Of a stretch of 64,000 nucleotides of DNA, positions 29,468 through 39,470 are shown piece by piece. The notes beneath the pieces were generated by a model that had not been told where the DNA came from, did no database searches, and worked only from the letters and a program-made list of their open reading frames with translations. The translations under genes and the position numbers were made by a program. Source of the DNA: Bacillota bacterium (GTDB lineage: Bacteria; Bacillota; Clostridia; Acetivibrionales; DTU013); assembly GCA_023418915.1 (NCBI GenBank), contig JAEZYU010000037.1:14349-78348 (forward strand), written 5' to 3'. Every line of letters begins with the position of its first letter. The stretch's first letter is position 1.

Positions 29468-31270
29468 TCAAATAGTTACTGCCGGCAGCTTCACAATAAC
29501 CCTGGTATATTCCCCTACGCTGCTTTCTATACTCAAACCATACTCTTCCCCATATAGCAGCTTCAATCTTGAATCGACACTGTGAATGCCGAAGTCAGTG
29601 TTTTTCCGTTCATTCAGCGGTCTGCTCAAAACCCTGACAATTTGCTCCTGACTCATACCCACGCCGTCATCAAAAACTTCTATAATAATAGCGCCTTGCT
29701 CAAAATAACCCTTAATAACCAGCAACCCTTTATCCTCTTTTTGCTTTAAACCATGGTAAATGGAGTTCTCCACAAGAGGCTGCAGTGTCAGCTTTGGAAT
29801 CTGACATTTCAGCATTTCCTCGTCAAATTCCAGTCGATAGTCCAGATACTCGACATATCTCAGCTTTTGTATCGACAAATAATTATCGATCAGGTTCACT
29901 TCATCCTTAATAGTAATAATATCGTTGCCCTTGCTCAGAGAAATACGATAAAAGCCTGCCAGGCACTTCATCGTCATCATTGCCTTATCCTTCAGATCCA
30001 GCTTGATGAAAGAGATGATCGTCTCGATGGTATTGTATAAAAAATGAGGTTTGATTTGTGATTGGAGAAGCTTGAATTCATTTTCCCGTTTCGCCTTCTG
30101 TTCATCATATATCTGCTTTAAAAGCCTGTTGATTTTGTCCATCAGGCTATTGAACCCTTCCGCCAGCAGCCCGATCTCGCCCTTCGCATTCAATTCTGCC
30201 CGCAGCTTCAAATTGCCGGATTTGATCTCTCTCATAATGGATACGAGCTTCAATATCGGTTTTGATATCATATCAGAAATCAGATATGAAGCAATAAATG
30301 AACAAATAAGGCACGCTGCCCCAAATACAATGATCAGCCTTGTCATTCCTTTATTTTCATTTGTAATCTCGTCAAGTGGAATTGCACTGATGATTTTCCA
30401 ATTCAGCTTATTAAAATCCCGAACTGTCACTAACACCTTTTTCCCTTCGATATCTCTGATCAGGCTCTTTTTATTGGAAACCTCATCAAAATCATTCGTA
30501 CCCAGATATCTTTGCTCATCAAACTTCTTGTACAATTCGTTCTTGTCCTGAGTTGATATGATATTTTTCTGATCATCTACTATAAAGAACTTGTCATCCT
30601 TATTTGTAATATTGTCCAGGTATATGGCTGCTACATCCGTTTCCTTCAAATACAGGATCGCCGTTCCCAAAATATGCCCCGTATCCATTCCAATAATGGC
30701 TTTTGCTATTGCAAATACATCCTCATCTCTGCCTGTCTTGTATTTTATACGAAACAGTCCTGTCCAGACAGGCACCTTGCTTTGAGTGACAAATGAAATC
30801 ATATCGGTGTCAAAAATAGAATGAATACTTGAATTGTCCACAAAGCCTACTTCAAAAAACCTCTGTCTGGACGAAATAATACTGGCAGAAGCTATATTAG
30901 TGATTGGTTGTGCCACATTGCTCATCACTGTTGACAATGTCTTCTCCAGTTCTATGTTGTCAACGCTGTCCAGTTCATTCTCTTCTACCCTTTCCAGTTG
31001 GGACTGCAGTCTGTTATCCAGAGAGAACATTCTGACATAGTTCTCTGAATTCCTGGTCAAATTCAAAAGGCTCCTGTCTATCAGAGACAATTCTCTCTCT
31101 GCATTTTGAGTCGCCTTGTCCAGGATGGCCTGATTGGATATTCTGATCGTCAATACTGCGAACACTGACAGAGCGGCTAAAAGAATACAGGCATTAAAAA
31201 TAAATATTCTGCTTTTCAGAGGAATATTTTTGAACAGAACTGCCAGATTATTCTCATACCTTTTACCCAT
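29468..31270 (-). CDS. Sensor histidine kinase, YesM-like
   Basis: The 600 aa ORF has two TM segments, a HAMP region (LKLVSIMREIKSGNLKLR), an H-box LQSQIKPHFLYNTIETI and an N-box LQPLVENSIYHG. Confidence 0.9.
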   Translation of the reverse strand: MGKRYENNLAVLFKNIPLKSRIFIFNACILLAALSVFAVLTIRISNQAILDKATQNAERELSLIDRSLLNLTRNSENYVRMFSLDNRLQSQLERVEENELDSVDNIELEKTLSTVMSNVAQPITNIASASIISSRQRFFEVGFVDNSSIHSIFDTDMISFVTQSKVPVWTGLFRIKYKTGRDEDVFAIAKAIIGMDTGHILGTAILYLKETDVAAIYLDNITNKDDKFFIVDDQKNIISTQDKNELYKKFDEQRYLGTNDFDEVSNKKSLIRDIEGKKVLVTVRDFNKLNWKIISAIPLDEITNENKGMTRLIIVFGAACLICSFIASYLISDMISKPILKLVSIMREIKSGNLKLRAELNAKGEIGLLAEGFNSLMDKINRLLKQIYDEQKAKRENEFKLLQSQIKPHFLYNTIETIISFIKLDLKDKAMMTMKCLAGFYRISLSKGNDIITIKDEVNLIDNYLSIQKLRYVEYLDYRLEFDEEMLKCQIPKLTLQPLVENSIYHGLKQKEDKGLLVIKGYFEQGAIIIEVFDDGVGMSQEQIVRVLSRPLNERKNTDFGIHSVDSRLKLLYGEEYGLSIESSVGEYTRVIVKLPAVTI

Positions 31271-31303
31271 CGTTAGCTTTCCTGCAATTCATAAAATTTC
31301 AGT

Positions 31304-31340
31304 ATGATCTCTTTACTAAAGCATGATCTCTTTACTAAAG
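31304..31340. repeat. Tandem duplication of ATGATCTCTTTACTAAAG (2 copies, 19 bp period)
   Basis: The copies lie at 31304-31321 and 31323-31340, in the 77 bp gap between the kinase start and the GH31 stop. Confidence 0.9.
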
Positions 31341-31347
31341 TAGTATT

Positions 31348-33732
31348 CTATAACCTTATCGATTCTTCCTTCCCTGTATAGCGGAACTCGACTGTTTTTT
31401 GCCTTTCTCCGCTCCCGATCAAAGCTATCCTGAATTGCTCCTGGTACTTGAATTTACCGCATGCTTGCCCAAATGTCAGTGTTTTTGAGTGTGTGCAGAA
31501 TTTGATATGTATAATAGAAAAATTGCCTTCCTCATAGGAATAATTGTCTCCCTCGTCATTGTACAAGGTAAACTCACCGTCCATCCCGTCATAAACAATG
31601 ATTTCCGATATTTCACCATTTTTTTCACCTGCATACGCAAGAGGCTCGGAAACCGGTACAATAGAACCTGCTTTCACAAAAAGCGGCATGATATCCAAAG
31701 CTGCCGGGCATATTACAGTGCGGCCTCCCTCATATGCTGTATTCGTCCAGTAATCATACCAGAGGGCGCCCTTCGGCAAATATACCTGCTTTGTCTTCGA
31801 TATCCCCGAAAGCGGTACACTGTTTACATCATAATACATCGCCTCTGTCACAGGGCAGACCAGGAACGCCTTTCCAAACAAAAAGCTGTCGCTGAGTTCC
31901 TTCACATTTTCATCCCCTGCAAAATCAAAAAGCAAGCTGCGCAAAATGGTGGAATTGGTCTGATACACGGTTGCTGCCGTCGAATAGATATAAGGGAGCA
32001 GCCTATAGCGCAGTTTGATGAACTTTACGATCGTTTCATAAAAAATATCGCCCGGGCTGCCGAAATTCCAGGGTTCTCTGGGAGTATCGGTACCATGGGA
32101 ACGAAACATCGGTAAAAATGTGCCGTATTGCAGCCATCTTACATAAAGCTCCCTGTACCCCAGATCATTCACGCCATCATTGTAATTACCGTCCCAAAAC
32201 CACAATTTGTCGGTATTGCCGCTGCAGCTGCAGCCTCTGTTTTCCCATTTATCCTTCACTGTAAAAAACGCACCGATATCCATTGTCCAGTAAGGCATTC
32301 CGCTCATGGAGAACTTTATACCCTCAGTAATCTGCTTTTTTAGGGTCGACCATTTGGCGCAGATGTCTCCGGACCAGGAAATCGTTCCATAGCTTTGACC
32401 TGAAATGTAGGAAGACCGCGTCAGATTCGTCACCCGTTTCTCATCATTTGTCTTTCGCCAGTTTTCATAGATGCCTTTGGAATGCACAAGACCGTATGAA
32501 TTCAGACGCGTCCAATCCATATGCTTTTTAGATTCATCCAATATCAATCGATAGCGCTGCTCATCCGGCCTCTTAATCTCCCCGTTCCAATCAGCATCAG
32601 AAAACGGCTCGGAATTATCGCACCACCATGCATCCACTCCTGCTGAAAACCATTCCTCATTGCACTGCTTCCAGTAAACAGCCCTCGCTTCATCGCTGAA
32701 AGCATCATAAGTAGTGGAATTCGGCAACAACAGCCCCTTCTCTCTCATTTCGCTGAAATTGCTCCCACCCTCCGCCATGTTTGGCCATATTGATACCATC
32801 AGCCTGACATTCTCCTCATGAAGCTTGTCTATAAGTGCTTTCAGGTCGGGAAATCTTTGCCTGTCGACACGCTTTTCACCCCACAGGCCGTCTTCCCAGG
32901 TAAGCCAATCCTGAACGATACAATCTATCGGAATGCCTGCTTTACGAAATTGCAATACAGTATTGATCAAATCCTCCGAGGAATGATACCTCTCTTTTGA
33001 CTGTATATAGCCAAAAGCCCATCTGGGCAGCATTGGCGCTCTTCCTGTGAGATTTCTCAGATCATTGATTATCTCCTCGAAGCAGTCCCCGGTTATGATA
33101 TAGTATGAAAGCTCATTTGTTGTATCGATCGTAAAAGTAATTTGGCCTTTTGCACATTCAAATACAACAGCGCTTTCAGTATCGATCAGAATGCCATAAT
33201 TTCTGGTTGAAATTAAAAATGGAATTGATATTTTCATATTTGTCTGAAACAGATACTCTTTCTTTCCATTATAGTTGTATATCCCGTCCTCATGCTGGCC
33301 CAGGCCATAGAGCCCTTCTTGTTCCGTAATCGAAAAAATAAGCTTGCCCTCATAAGACATGCCGGCGGATACCTGCCTGATATTTTCAATGTAAGCCACC
33401 TGGCCATTGGCAGTCTGCTTACTTTCTGCGGCAGCCTCACCATCTGCAAGATATCGATAGATTTCCTTAGGCGTTAAGCTTCGGCTAATTTCTTTTAGAA
33501 TAACTTCCCCTTGCCTGTTTTTGAACAGAATCTGATTTTCTAAAGCTGCCCATCCGGTTGATTCGACATCCTTCTGATGCCTAAAATCCTTTGCGATAAG
33601 GATACTATCCCCCGGTTCTTCTCCGCTTCTGTTATATACGACTCTTGTGATATTGTCGGTTATGGGTTTAATGTGAACAATCATCGATGAATCTTCTGCA
33701 TGCCTATCCACCTTTATCACTCCTGCCTTCAA
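31348..33732 (-). CDS. GH31 glycoside hydrolase (alpha-glucosidase / alpha-xylosidase type)
   Basis: The 794 aa ORF carries the GH31 signature region GVDAWWCDNSEPF (W-x-D-[MN]-S-E). It also has the MPYWTMDIGAFF and FRSHG regions. No signal peptide is present. Confidence 0.85.
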   Translation of the reverse strand: MKAGVIKVDRHAEDSSMIVHIKPITDNITRVVYNRSGEEPGDSILIAKDFRHQKDVESTGWAALENQILFKNRQGEVILKEISRSLTPKEIYRYLADGEAAAESKQTANGQVAYIENIRQVSAGMSYEGKLIFSITEQEGLYGLGQHEDGIYNYNGKKEYLFQTNMKISIPFLISTRNYGILIDTESAVVFECAKGQITFTIDTTNELSYYIITGDCFEEIINDLRNLTGRAPMLPRWAFGYIQSKERYHSSEDLINTVLQFRKAGIPIDCIVQDWLTWEDGLWGEKRVDRQRFPDLKALIDKLHEENVRLMVSIWPNMAEGGSNFSEMREKGLLLPNSTTYDAFSDEARAVYWKQCNEEWFSAGVDAWWCDNSEPFSDADWNGEIKRPDEQRYRLILDESKKHMDWTRLNSYGLVHSKGIYENWRKTNDEKRVTNLTRSSYISGQSYGTISWSGDICAKWSTLKKQITEGIKFSMSGMPYWTMDIGAFFTVKDKWENRGCSCSGNTDKLWFWDGNYNDGVNDLGYRELYVRWLQYGTFLPMFRSHGTDTPREPWNFGSPGDIFYETIVKFIKLRYRLLPYIYSTAATVYQTNSTILRSLLFDFAGDENVKELSDSFLFGKAFLVCPVTEAMYYDVNSVPLSGISKTKQVYLPKGALWYDYWTNTAYEGGRTVICPAALDIMPLFVKAGSIVPVSEPLAYAGEKNGEISEIIVYDGMDGEFTLYNDEGDNYSYEEGNFSIIHIKFCTHSKTLTFGQACGKFKYQEQFRIALIGSGERQKTVEFRYTGKEESIRL

Positions 33733-33865
33733 CGCAATTATTTACTTTCATTTATGCCACATACCAAAATTCATATTATGATCTCCCGCATATAAGTATC
33801 TGTGGTATTAGTATTTTATCAAACCTGAGATTGAAAAACTACATAATATCCGATATTGAACACAC

Positions 33866-35875
33866 TCACTGTTTTGGTATCTGGCTTGGATGCTTGCTAA
33901 AAAAATCAACTCTGGGTTCAAGGAATTTAAGCTTGTGCTCCTGCGGATCATCCATAAAAAAGTACACTGGTTCAAATATCCGCTCCCAACACCAGAACTC
34001 TTCTCCCAATTGCAAATACTCCAAAATCATCTCAGTACCCTCGGGGGCAATGGGATGCATTAAGACTGCTGCCGTCCGGACCATGTGAAACGAATCAGTC
34101 AGCGTCTGCAGCCTGAGTTCGGCATTGTCTGTGTCATCCGCTTCTTTTATATTTCTGGACCAGTATTTGTTGATATTACGGATATAAGTGTCCATAAGAT
34201 TCATGACAAGATGAAAGTTGTGTTCATACATTAACCTTTCATATTCAAGAATAGTATTGTGGGCATCCTCCAGTACTTGTGTACCGATATCTCTTACGGG
34301 AATCTTTCCGTCACTGTACTTCTGAGCAGTATAAAAGCAAGATCTTACTGCACGGTTAAACACATTAGCCAGCAGATTTCCTTCCTTAAGCACCGGATCA
34401 CTATCCCTTTCAGAAGCTGAAGGATTCAACGGTTTTGGCTGGAACCCGACACTCCTGATCCCCAAACCAAGACCAAGAAAATGCGCTCTTAGCTGTTCGG
34501 CCGTATAATATCCCAGCAGATCCCTTGCTGTAGGCGGTTTGATCTTTCCGCTGCTGCTTGCTTTCTTATTCAAAAAGAGGAGATGATTGTTCACTACAAG
34601 CTCCGGCAGCTGCAGTTCACCTTCAGGCGGATCAACTGCAGGAGTTTCACCCTGCTGTCCCATGAACATTGCCATCTCGGCGGGACCATAAAAGTATACA
34701 TTATCCTCTCCAATGAACTGATACACTCTTGAATCACCGGAGCACCACCATTTCTTCCAGTCCTCCCTGCCCACTCCGATCATCTCCAGATAGGTCATCG
34801 TGAATGATACCGGAGCCCAAAGGGATTCAGGCCATACCCAAACAGTAAGGTCATCCAATCCTTCAAGGCATGGTGCAGGGACCCCCCACTCGATATTTCC
34901 CGTCAGTCTGAATGGTACCAGAGTCTTTCCTGTACGGAAGCGTATGGTGTATTCTGAAAGAATCGAACATGCTTTTTCTCTGCTTTCAAGATCCTTAAAA
35001 ACCATAACGGCAGAGGACTTGTTCTCTTCTTCATTCAAACTGTACTCCGGTAATCTGTCACTAATTGATTCCAACTGATCCAGCTGATCTCTCTTCACAT
35101 AAATGACGGGTGGTTCCAGAAATTCCCGTATACTGTTTATGACAAACCTCCGTGCGGCTGGGTCATTCTCCATTTTTTCCGCCCACTCGGTCAACAGCTC
35201 CTTGAAGCCGTCAAGCTTGAAATACCAGTTAGTCACATCTCTCATTTCAGGTCTGTTGCCCGAAATAGTGCTCCTGGGATTTATAAGGTCACAAGGCATA
35301 TATTGATGCCCAAGCGAGCATTCATCCGCATAACCCCTTTCAGACGAACAGCCAGCAATAGGGCACCGGCCTGTAACCTGACGTCCATTGAGAAAAACAC
35401 CCGCTTCAGTATCATAAAACTGCGCTGTGGTCATTTTTACAAGATGTCCGTTTGTATAAAGCCTCCTGATAAAATCATCCGACACCTCTCGATGTATCTC
35501 CGCCGCACGTCCGATACCCGATGCAGCAAAAAGGTTTATACTTATATGATACTCTTCCAATACATCCTTCTGCCGCTCATGGTTGCTCTGGACAAATTCT
35601 TCAATAGTTCCTGCGAATGAACCGCTGTTGACCAATTGGCGGTAATACTCCAATATCGGTGAACCATAACAGTCTGTCCCAGACACAAATATTACATTTT
35701 CTCTCCCTATACGATCACGCAAAAAGCGGGCAAAAGTGTCGGCATGCACAAAAACTCCGCCTATATGCCCGAGATGCAATTCTTTATTGCCATATGGCAT
35801 TCCCGCTGTGATAACAGCACGTTTGGGAAATTTTGGCCTGCCTTTTAATGTATTTGAATCTAAACTTGGCTTCAT
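33866..35875 (-). CDS. metG: Methionine--tRNA ligase (class I aaRS)
   Basis: The HIGH region is PYGNKELHLGHIGG, followed by GTDCYGSPI. There is a Cys-rich knuckle GRCPIAGCSS...ECSLGH and a degenerate KMSKS region (KKASSSGK). A T-box leader with a candidate AUG specifier lies upstream. Confidence 0.8.
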   Translation of the reverse strand: MKPSLDSNTLKGRPKFPKRAVITAGMPYGNKELHLGHIGGVFVHADTFARFLRDRIGRENVIFVSGTDCYGSPILEYYRQLVNSGSFAGTIEEFVQSNHERQKDVLEEYHISINLFAASGIGRAAEIHREVSDDFIRRLYTNGHLVKMTTAQFYDTEAGVFLNGRQVTGRCPIAGCSSERGYADECSLGHQYMPCDLINPRSTISGNRPEMRDVTNWYFKLDGFKELLTEWAEKMENDPAARRFVINSIREFLEPPVIYVKRDQLDQLESISDRLPEYSLNEEENKSSAVMVFKDLESREKACSILSEYTIRFRTGKTLVPFRLTGNIEWGVPAPCLEGLDDLTVWVWPESLWAPVSFTMTYLEMIGVGREDWKKWWCSGDSRVYQFIGEDNVYFYGPAEMAMFMGQQGETPAVDPPEGELQLPELVVNNHLLFLNKKASSSGKIKPPTARDLLGYYTAEQLRAHFLGLGLGIRSVGFQPKPLNPSASERDSDPVLKEGNLLANVFNRAVRSCFYTAQKYSDGKIPVRDIGTQVLEDAHNTILEYERLMYEHNFHLVMNLMDTYIRNINKYWSRNIKEADDTDNAELRLQTLTDSFHMVRTAAVLMHPIAPEGTEMILEYLQLGEEFWCWERIFEPVYFFMDDPQEHKLKFLEPRVDFFSKHPSQIPKQ

Positions 35876-36157
35876 GTTTTCTCCACCCCTATTTTTTACT
35901 TTGATTCATCTTTCTTCGCTCCATTGTACTTGTTATCATTCAATGCTGCCCCAATATTATCGCCCTTTCATGTTTGAGTAACGCGAGGTACTCCGGTTAT
36001 CTGCCATTCTACGCAATGCTTCTACCCGTTCTGCCGATCTATTTCTGCACAGTTGCCGGCAGCTCCAACACTGCTATACCGATAGCTCCTGCAACATTCC
36101 CGCCTCTATCCGTTTTCCCGTCCTAATGGCTAATAATGCATACAGCACCTTCTACCG

Positions 36158-36484
36158 AAATAAAAAAGCCCTCACCTCCAGGAAATGATCCTGGGGACGA
36201 GAGCTTAAGTTCGTGGTGCCACCCCGGTTTGCCAATGCCTTGCGGCATCAGCCTTTATTGGAACTAGTGCGGGAAACCTCTTTCTCACGCATTATTCCCC
36301 GGCACTATAACGGGTGCAGCCGTTGCAGCCTAATAAGTCAGGGTAAAAACTCCCTGCCTGTTCAGCGCAAAGCTCCAAGGCCTGTTCAGCCGTTTCTCCA
36401 ACCCCCGTTCTCACCGTTCCGGGTTCTCTGTGAAAGAAAAATACAGCTTACTATCCCTTTTCATCACATTTGACACTAATTGTT
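36158..36484 (-). promoter_or_regulatory. T-box riboswitch leader with intrinsic terminator
   Basis: The minus strand shows the Stem I AGAGA...GGTGAGAA motifs (AGAGA at 36425-36429). The Stem I base pairs TTCTTTCAC with GTGAGAAAGAG. The specifier-loop candidate is GAATAATGCG, with AUG at 36290-36292. The T-box sequence GGGGTGGCACCACG lies at 36212-36225. An 18 bp terminator stem AAGCTCTCGTCCCCAGGA / TCCTGGAGGTGAGGGCTT (36166-36206) is followed by TTTTATTT. Confidence 0.75.
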
Positions 36485-36490
36485 TCCACT

Positions 36491-36519
36491 ATTATATGCA
36501 TTTATTTAACTAATGTAAA
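36491..36519 (-). promoter_or_regulatory. Sigma-A promoter for the T-box leader / metG
   Basis: The minus strand has TTTACA (36514-36519), a 17 nt spacer, then TATAAT (36491-36496). Confidence 0.65.
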
Positions 36520-36657
36520 GCTCAACCTGTACACATTATCATTTTGTTATCATTCTTTGTCGCACATCTTTATCTCATGCCCTTTTCGCCGCCTTGACTC
36601 GTTATAACGCATCGTTATATACGCAATATCACATTTAACGGCGAGAAACAGCAGAAC

Positions 36658-37509
36658 TCACAGAAAATCGCTGAGATAGCCTCTGATCTTATCAAGATCA
36701 GTTTCATTATTGATCAGTACCTGTCCGCCCTTTAGAAAGTCTATTTTTTCGTTGAAATCTTGCTTTTCCTCTATGTACAAGACACCTATTGGTATGCGGT
36801 CTCCCCATTCCATAGCTTTTTCCATGGCCTTGAGCTTGTCAGCAGCATCATAATCTTCATCTATTTTGTAGACACGCTTACTATACCATTGAAAGGTATT
36901 TATCTTATTGAAAGACACACAGGGCTGCAGTATATCAACCAGTGCGTAGCCCTTATGTTCTATGGCTTGCGCCATTATTGAAGTCATGTGCTCCTTATCA
37001 CCGCTGAAAGCTCTGGCTACAAATCCGGCACCCATACATATTGCAAGAAGAACCGGGTTTAGCGGCTCATGCTGCGAGCCGGCTGTCTGAACACCTGTGA
37101 CATGCCCAATATCGGTGGTCGGTGATGCCTGACCCTTAGTCAGTCCGTAGATCTGGTTATTATGCACAAAATGAGTTATGTCAACATTTCTTCTGATATT
37201 GTGAATAAAGTGGTTTCCGCCTTCGCCATACGAATCACCGTCGCCGGAATTGACTATCACGGTAAGCCTGTTGTTCACGATTTTAGCAGCGGCAGCCGGC
37301 GGCAGCGCCCTGCCATGCAGCCCGCAAAAGCCGTTTGCATTGATATACTGCGGAGTCTTTGCCGCCTGCCCTATACCACCGACAACCAGCACCTCGTGAG
37401 GCTTTTTGCCGAGTCTCTCCAATGCATCCTTTAATGACTCAAGTATGTTGAAATCGCCGCAGCCTGGACACCAAGCTGTCTCTGATATTTTGAAATTTAA
37501 GTCGCACAT
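36658..37509 (-). CDS. 2-oxoacid:ferredoxin oxidoreductase beta subunit (TPP-binding)
   Basis: The 283 aa ORF has WCPGCGDF near the N-terminus and the TPP motif SGDGDSYGEGGNHFIH. Its start is 3 nt after the alpha-subunit stop. Confidence 0.9.
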   Translation of the reverse strand: MCDLNFKISETAWCPGCGDFNILESLKDALERLGKKPHEVLVVGGIGQAAKTPQYINANGFCGLHGRALPPAAAAKIVNNRLTVIVNSGDGDSYGEGGNHFIHNIRRNVDITHFVHNNQIYGLTKGQASPTTDIGHVTGVQTAGSQHEPLNPVLLAICMGAGFVARAFSGDKEHMTSIMAQAIEHKGYALVDILQPCVSFNKINTFQWYSKRVYKIDEDYDAADKLKAMEKAMEWGDRIPIGVLYIEEKQDFNEKIDFLKGGQVLINNETDLDKIRGYLSDFL

Positions 37510-37512
37510 GCC

Positions 37513-39402
37513 CTACTCCACCTCCCTGACTACATTGTAAATATATTGGGAGCTCATTGGACGCCCATCGAATTTGAGGATACTGCGATCGCAGAATATA
37601 CCTGTGGTTTCAGCAATGACAGCTCCAAGCTGCCCGGCAGCATTCTGCTCGACATTGATCACCTTTTTTGCCTTTCCTGCTTTTTCAGTAAGCAGTTTTA
37701 TAGGTAAAGGCCAGATATCACCAAAAACGAGTGCACCATATTTTTTGTCATTATCTTCATTCAGCAGGCTGATCGCCTCAGTTACCGGTCCCCATAGCGA
37801 TCCCCATGCGAGCAGCAAAACCTCGCATTCCTCTTCGCCTGTAGACAATGGCTCCTGCAGTTCTTCTTTCAGCAGCTCAAGCTTGCGCATTCTTTTTAAT
37901 ACCATTCGATTTCTGATATCTGCAGACTCTGTTATGTGACCAGCTTCATCATGTTCATCACTGTCTGCCAGAACAGTCGATCCGGCGTATTGTCCCGGAA
38001 TCAGTCTCGGCGAAATGCCTGACGGTGTGATTTCATAGCGCCTATATGGTTTATCCTTACTGTACTCATTACTTGCTATATATCTATCGTGTTTAATTAC
38101 GCCAAAATCGAACGGCTCCCATGTTGATGACGAGTCTGCAAGGAACTGATCGCTCAAAAGAATAACCGGGATCTGATATTTATCTGCAATATTGAATGCC
38201 CTTATAGTCTGATAAAAAGCGTCCTGTGCATTTCTCAGCGCAATGACCATCCGAGGGAATTCACCGTGTGAAGCGGAAATAACAAACCTGAGATCACTCT
38301 GCTCAGTCCTTGTCGGAAATCCCGTAACAGGACCGGGACGCTGCACCTCCGCAACAACCAGCGGCACTTCCAGCATCGCCGAAAGACCCAGCCCTTCAAC
38401 CATCAGACAAAAGCCGCCTCCGGAGGTTCCTGTCATCGCTCTGGCTCCTGCATAGGATGCTCCGACAGCCATATTGATAGCTGCTATCTCATCCTCTGCC
38501 TGCTCAACAACGATCTGTGCATCATTCATTTTTTTCGCAAGATAATCCATTATGCTGGTCGATGGTGTCATCGGATAAGCCGAATAAAACTTGCAGCCTG
38601 CTGCCAGTGCACCAAGCGCCACGGCCTCATTTCCATTGATCAGTATACCGCTGTCTCTTTTACCGGCTGCCGCCTCAAACCTCTTTGCAACAAGCTTGCT
38701 TCCGGCATGAACCGCATCACAATTTTGACGGGCAATCTTCTCATTAAAAAAATCACTAAAGACCTTTTTGATCCCCATCCGGCCAATCCCATACAGTTCC
38801 AGAACAGCGCCTATCGCAACGCTGCCGAACGCTCTTACATTGCCGGCATCCTTCGCTGTCTGCTTCAAAGGAAGCCTCAATATTCTGTCATCCTTCGAAC
38901 TGATTACTCCATTATCTTTATTTCTGGTTCCGCCATCTTTCCAGGCGCTCTTTTCCTTGTCCTTCAGGCCGGCTATTTCGTTATCATCTGATCCGGTTGC
39001 TTCGTTTTCCTTCAGACCGGTTACTTTGTTATCATCTGAGTCGGTTGCTTCCTTGTCCTTCAGACCGGTTACTTCGTTATCATCTGAGTCGGTTGCTTCG
39101 TTTTCATCAAATACGATTTCTTCATCACATATAATGAAACCATCGGAACGGAGCCTCACTATATGATTCTCTATAGTCTCCTTATTCAGTGCAATAATAC
39201 CGTCTATTTCATCCCGGTGAGAGAGGATCTTCTCATTTCCGAAGCGCACCTGCACAAAATTGTGACCGCCCCTGACCCTCGACATGTAATCCTTTATCGA
39301 GAAAACCTCAAAGCCCTGCCTTTTAATAATCCTCTCAAAAACTGCAGAGACTGTTTCAACGCCCTGCCCTGCTGCTCCGCCAATCAAAATATTATAGTTC
39401 AA
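37513..39402 (-). CDS. 2-oxoacid:ferredoxin oxidoreductase alpha subunit with fused N-terminal gamma-like domain
   Basis: The N-terminal NILIGGAAGQGVETVS...RGGHNF is the gamma-type domain. The later GNEAVALGALAAGCKFYSAYPMTPSTSI and GASYAGARAMTGTSGGGF belong to the alpha domain. The two domains are joined by an unusual acidic repeat insert. Confidence 0.9.
   Translation of the reverse strand: MNYNILIGGAAGQGVETVSAVFERIIKRQGFEVFSIKDYMSRVRGGHNFVQVRFGNEKILSHRDEIDGIIALNKETIENHIVRLRSDGFIICDEEIVFDENEATDSDDNEVTGLKDKEATDSDDNKVTGLKENEATGSDDNEIAGLKDKEKSAWKDGGTRNKDNGVISSKDDRILRLPLKQTAKDAGNVRAFGSVAIGAVLELYGIGRMGIKKVFSDFFNEKIARQNCDAVHAGSKLVAKRFEAAAGKRDSGILINGNEAVALGALAAGCKFYSAYPMTPSTSIMDYLAKKMNDAQIVVEQAEDEIAAINMAVGASYAGARAMTGTSGGGFCLMVEGLGLSAMLEVPLVVAEVQRPGPVTGFPTRTEQSDLRFVISASHGEFPRMVIALRNAQDAFYQTIRAFNIADKYQIPVILLSDQFLADSSSTWEPFDFGVIKHDRYIASNEYSKDKPYRRYEITPSGISPRLIPGQYAGSTVLADSDEHDEAGHITESADIRNRMVLKRMRKLELLKEELQEPLSTGEEECEVLLLAWGSLWGPVTEAISLLNEDNDKKYGALVFGDIWPLPIKLLTEKAGKAKKVINVEQNAAGQLGAVIAETTGIFCDRSILKFDGRPMSSQYIYNVVREVE
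38962..39105. repeat. In-frame 48 bp x 3 tandem repeat inside the oxidoreductase alpha gene
   Basis: Three near-identical units occupy 38962-39009, 39010-39057 and 39058-39105. They encode NEATDSDDNEVTGLKD-like 16 aa units in the inter-domain linker. Confidence 0.9.
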
Positions 39403-39470
39403 ATGCCCAACTCCTTATCTAACACATTCTACAGGAAGCAGCCGCCTCTAAAGGCGGCATATTTAATAAT

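Noticed and set aside
36602-36616. An exact 15-mer, TTATAACGCATCGTT, shared with 40508-40522.
   Set aside because: A few 15-mer coincidences are expected by chance in a 64 kb window counting both strands, and there is no flanking similarity.
38768-39166. A plus-strand 132 aa ORF with a repetitive SFRPVT(S/L)LSSESVAS sequence.
   Set aside because: It is the antisense reading of the 48 bp tandem repeat inside the oxidoreductase alpha gene. The minus-strand frame carries the conserved enzyme domains.
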